From positions 493 to 64,492 of IMG/VR virus record IMGVR_UViG_3300042317_000235: a stretch of DNA of 64,000 bases; one strand, given 5' to 3'. The notes under the pieces were generated by a model. It ran no database searches. It was given only the letters and a program-made list of their open reading frames with translations, and was not told the DNA's origin. Positions 63,947-64,000 of this stretch are shown piece by piece. The position numbers were made by a program, and so were the translations under genes. Positions within the stretch are counted from its first letter, which is position 1. The number at the start of each line of letters is the position of its first letter. The DNA comes from a virus. Lineage: Duplodnaviria; Caudoviricetes.

Positions 63947-64000
63947 GTTATTTTTCGTTATGTATAAATACTAATCTAGACAGGTACCATTGCGCTTTCT

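Noticed and set aside
1599-63974. Many short opposite-strand or nested ORFs in the track (e.g. 1599..1934 +, 8731..9249 +, 16258..16698 +, 51793..52197 -, 59419..59787 +)
   Set aside because: They are shadows of well-supported genes, with no RBS or protein motifs, and conflict with the strand-coherent operons.
1-64000. Complete DGR, retron or other RT system
   Set aside because: No ORF with reverse transcriptase motifs and no template repeat found by eye.
1-64000. tRNA genes, integrase, att sites or host genes indicating a prophage
   Set aside because: No cloverleaf or T-loop signature, recombinase or bacterial flank was recognised; lifestyle is left undetermined.
1-64000. Stop-codon reassignment
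   Set aside because: Core genes are full length in the standard code, and TAA, TAG and TGA all end genes.

Overview
The window is a large part (probably most) of a tailed dsDNA phage genome with podovirus-like architecture. Both window ends lie in the same leftward replication and nucleotide-metabolism module, so the genome looks circularly permuted. Layout: (1) 1-17.3 kb, minus strand: ThyX, dUTPase, a lone NrdJb, family A DNA polymerase, VRR-NUC, a DUF3150-like / MoxR-type AAA / metallopeptidase-vWA cluster and many small early genes behind near-consensus sigma70 promoters. (2) About 15.5-17.9 kb: a repeat-rich, mostly non-coding switch region, possibly the origin or genome end. (3) 17.9-56.4 kb, plus strand: terminase, portal, GroES, scaffold, capsid, tail and adhesin modules, holin/endolysin and large internal virion proteins, with two free-standing GIY-YIG endonucleases. 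(4) 56.5-64 kb, minus strand: primase-helicase, SSB, SNF2 helicase, HNH, Cas4-like nuclease and a TraR/DksA-like protein. The NrdJb and TraR-like genes suggest a proteobacterial host (inference). No integrase, tRNA, reverse transcriptase or CRISPR array was seen. Most notable signals: a DUF1566 adhesin ending in a DGR-style variable region with no RT or template repeat in the window; five copies of a 22-bp palindrome confined to the early region; single accessory genes bracketed by exact 13-20 bp repeats of translation-start sequence, one duplicating the first codons of polA; a short [MFY]-x-x-G-G motif shared by the portal and several unrelated late proteins; and strong apparent GATC avoidance, with exceptions clustered in apparently recombined patches. 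All product calls are by eye, without database searches.
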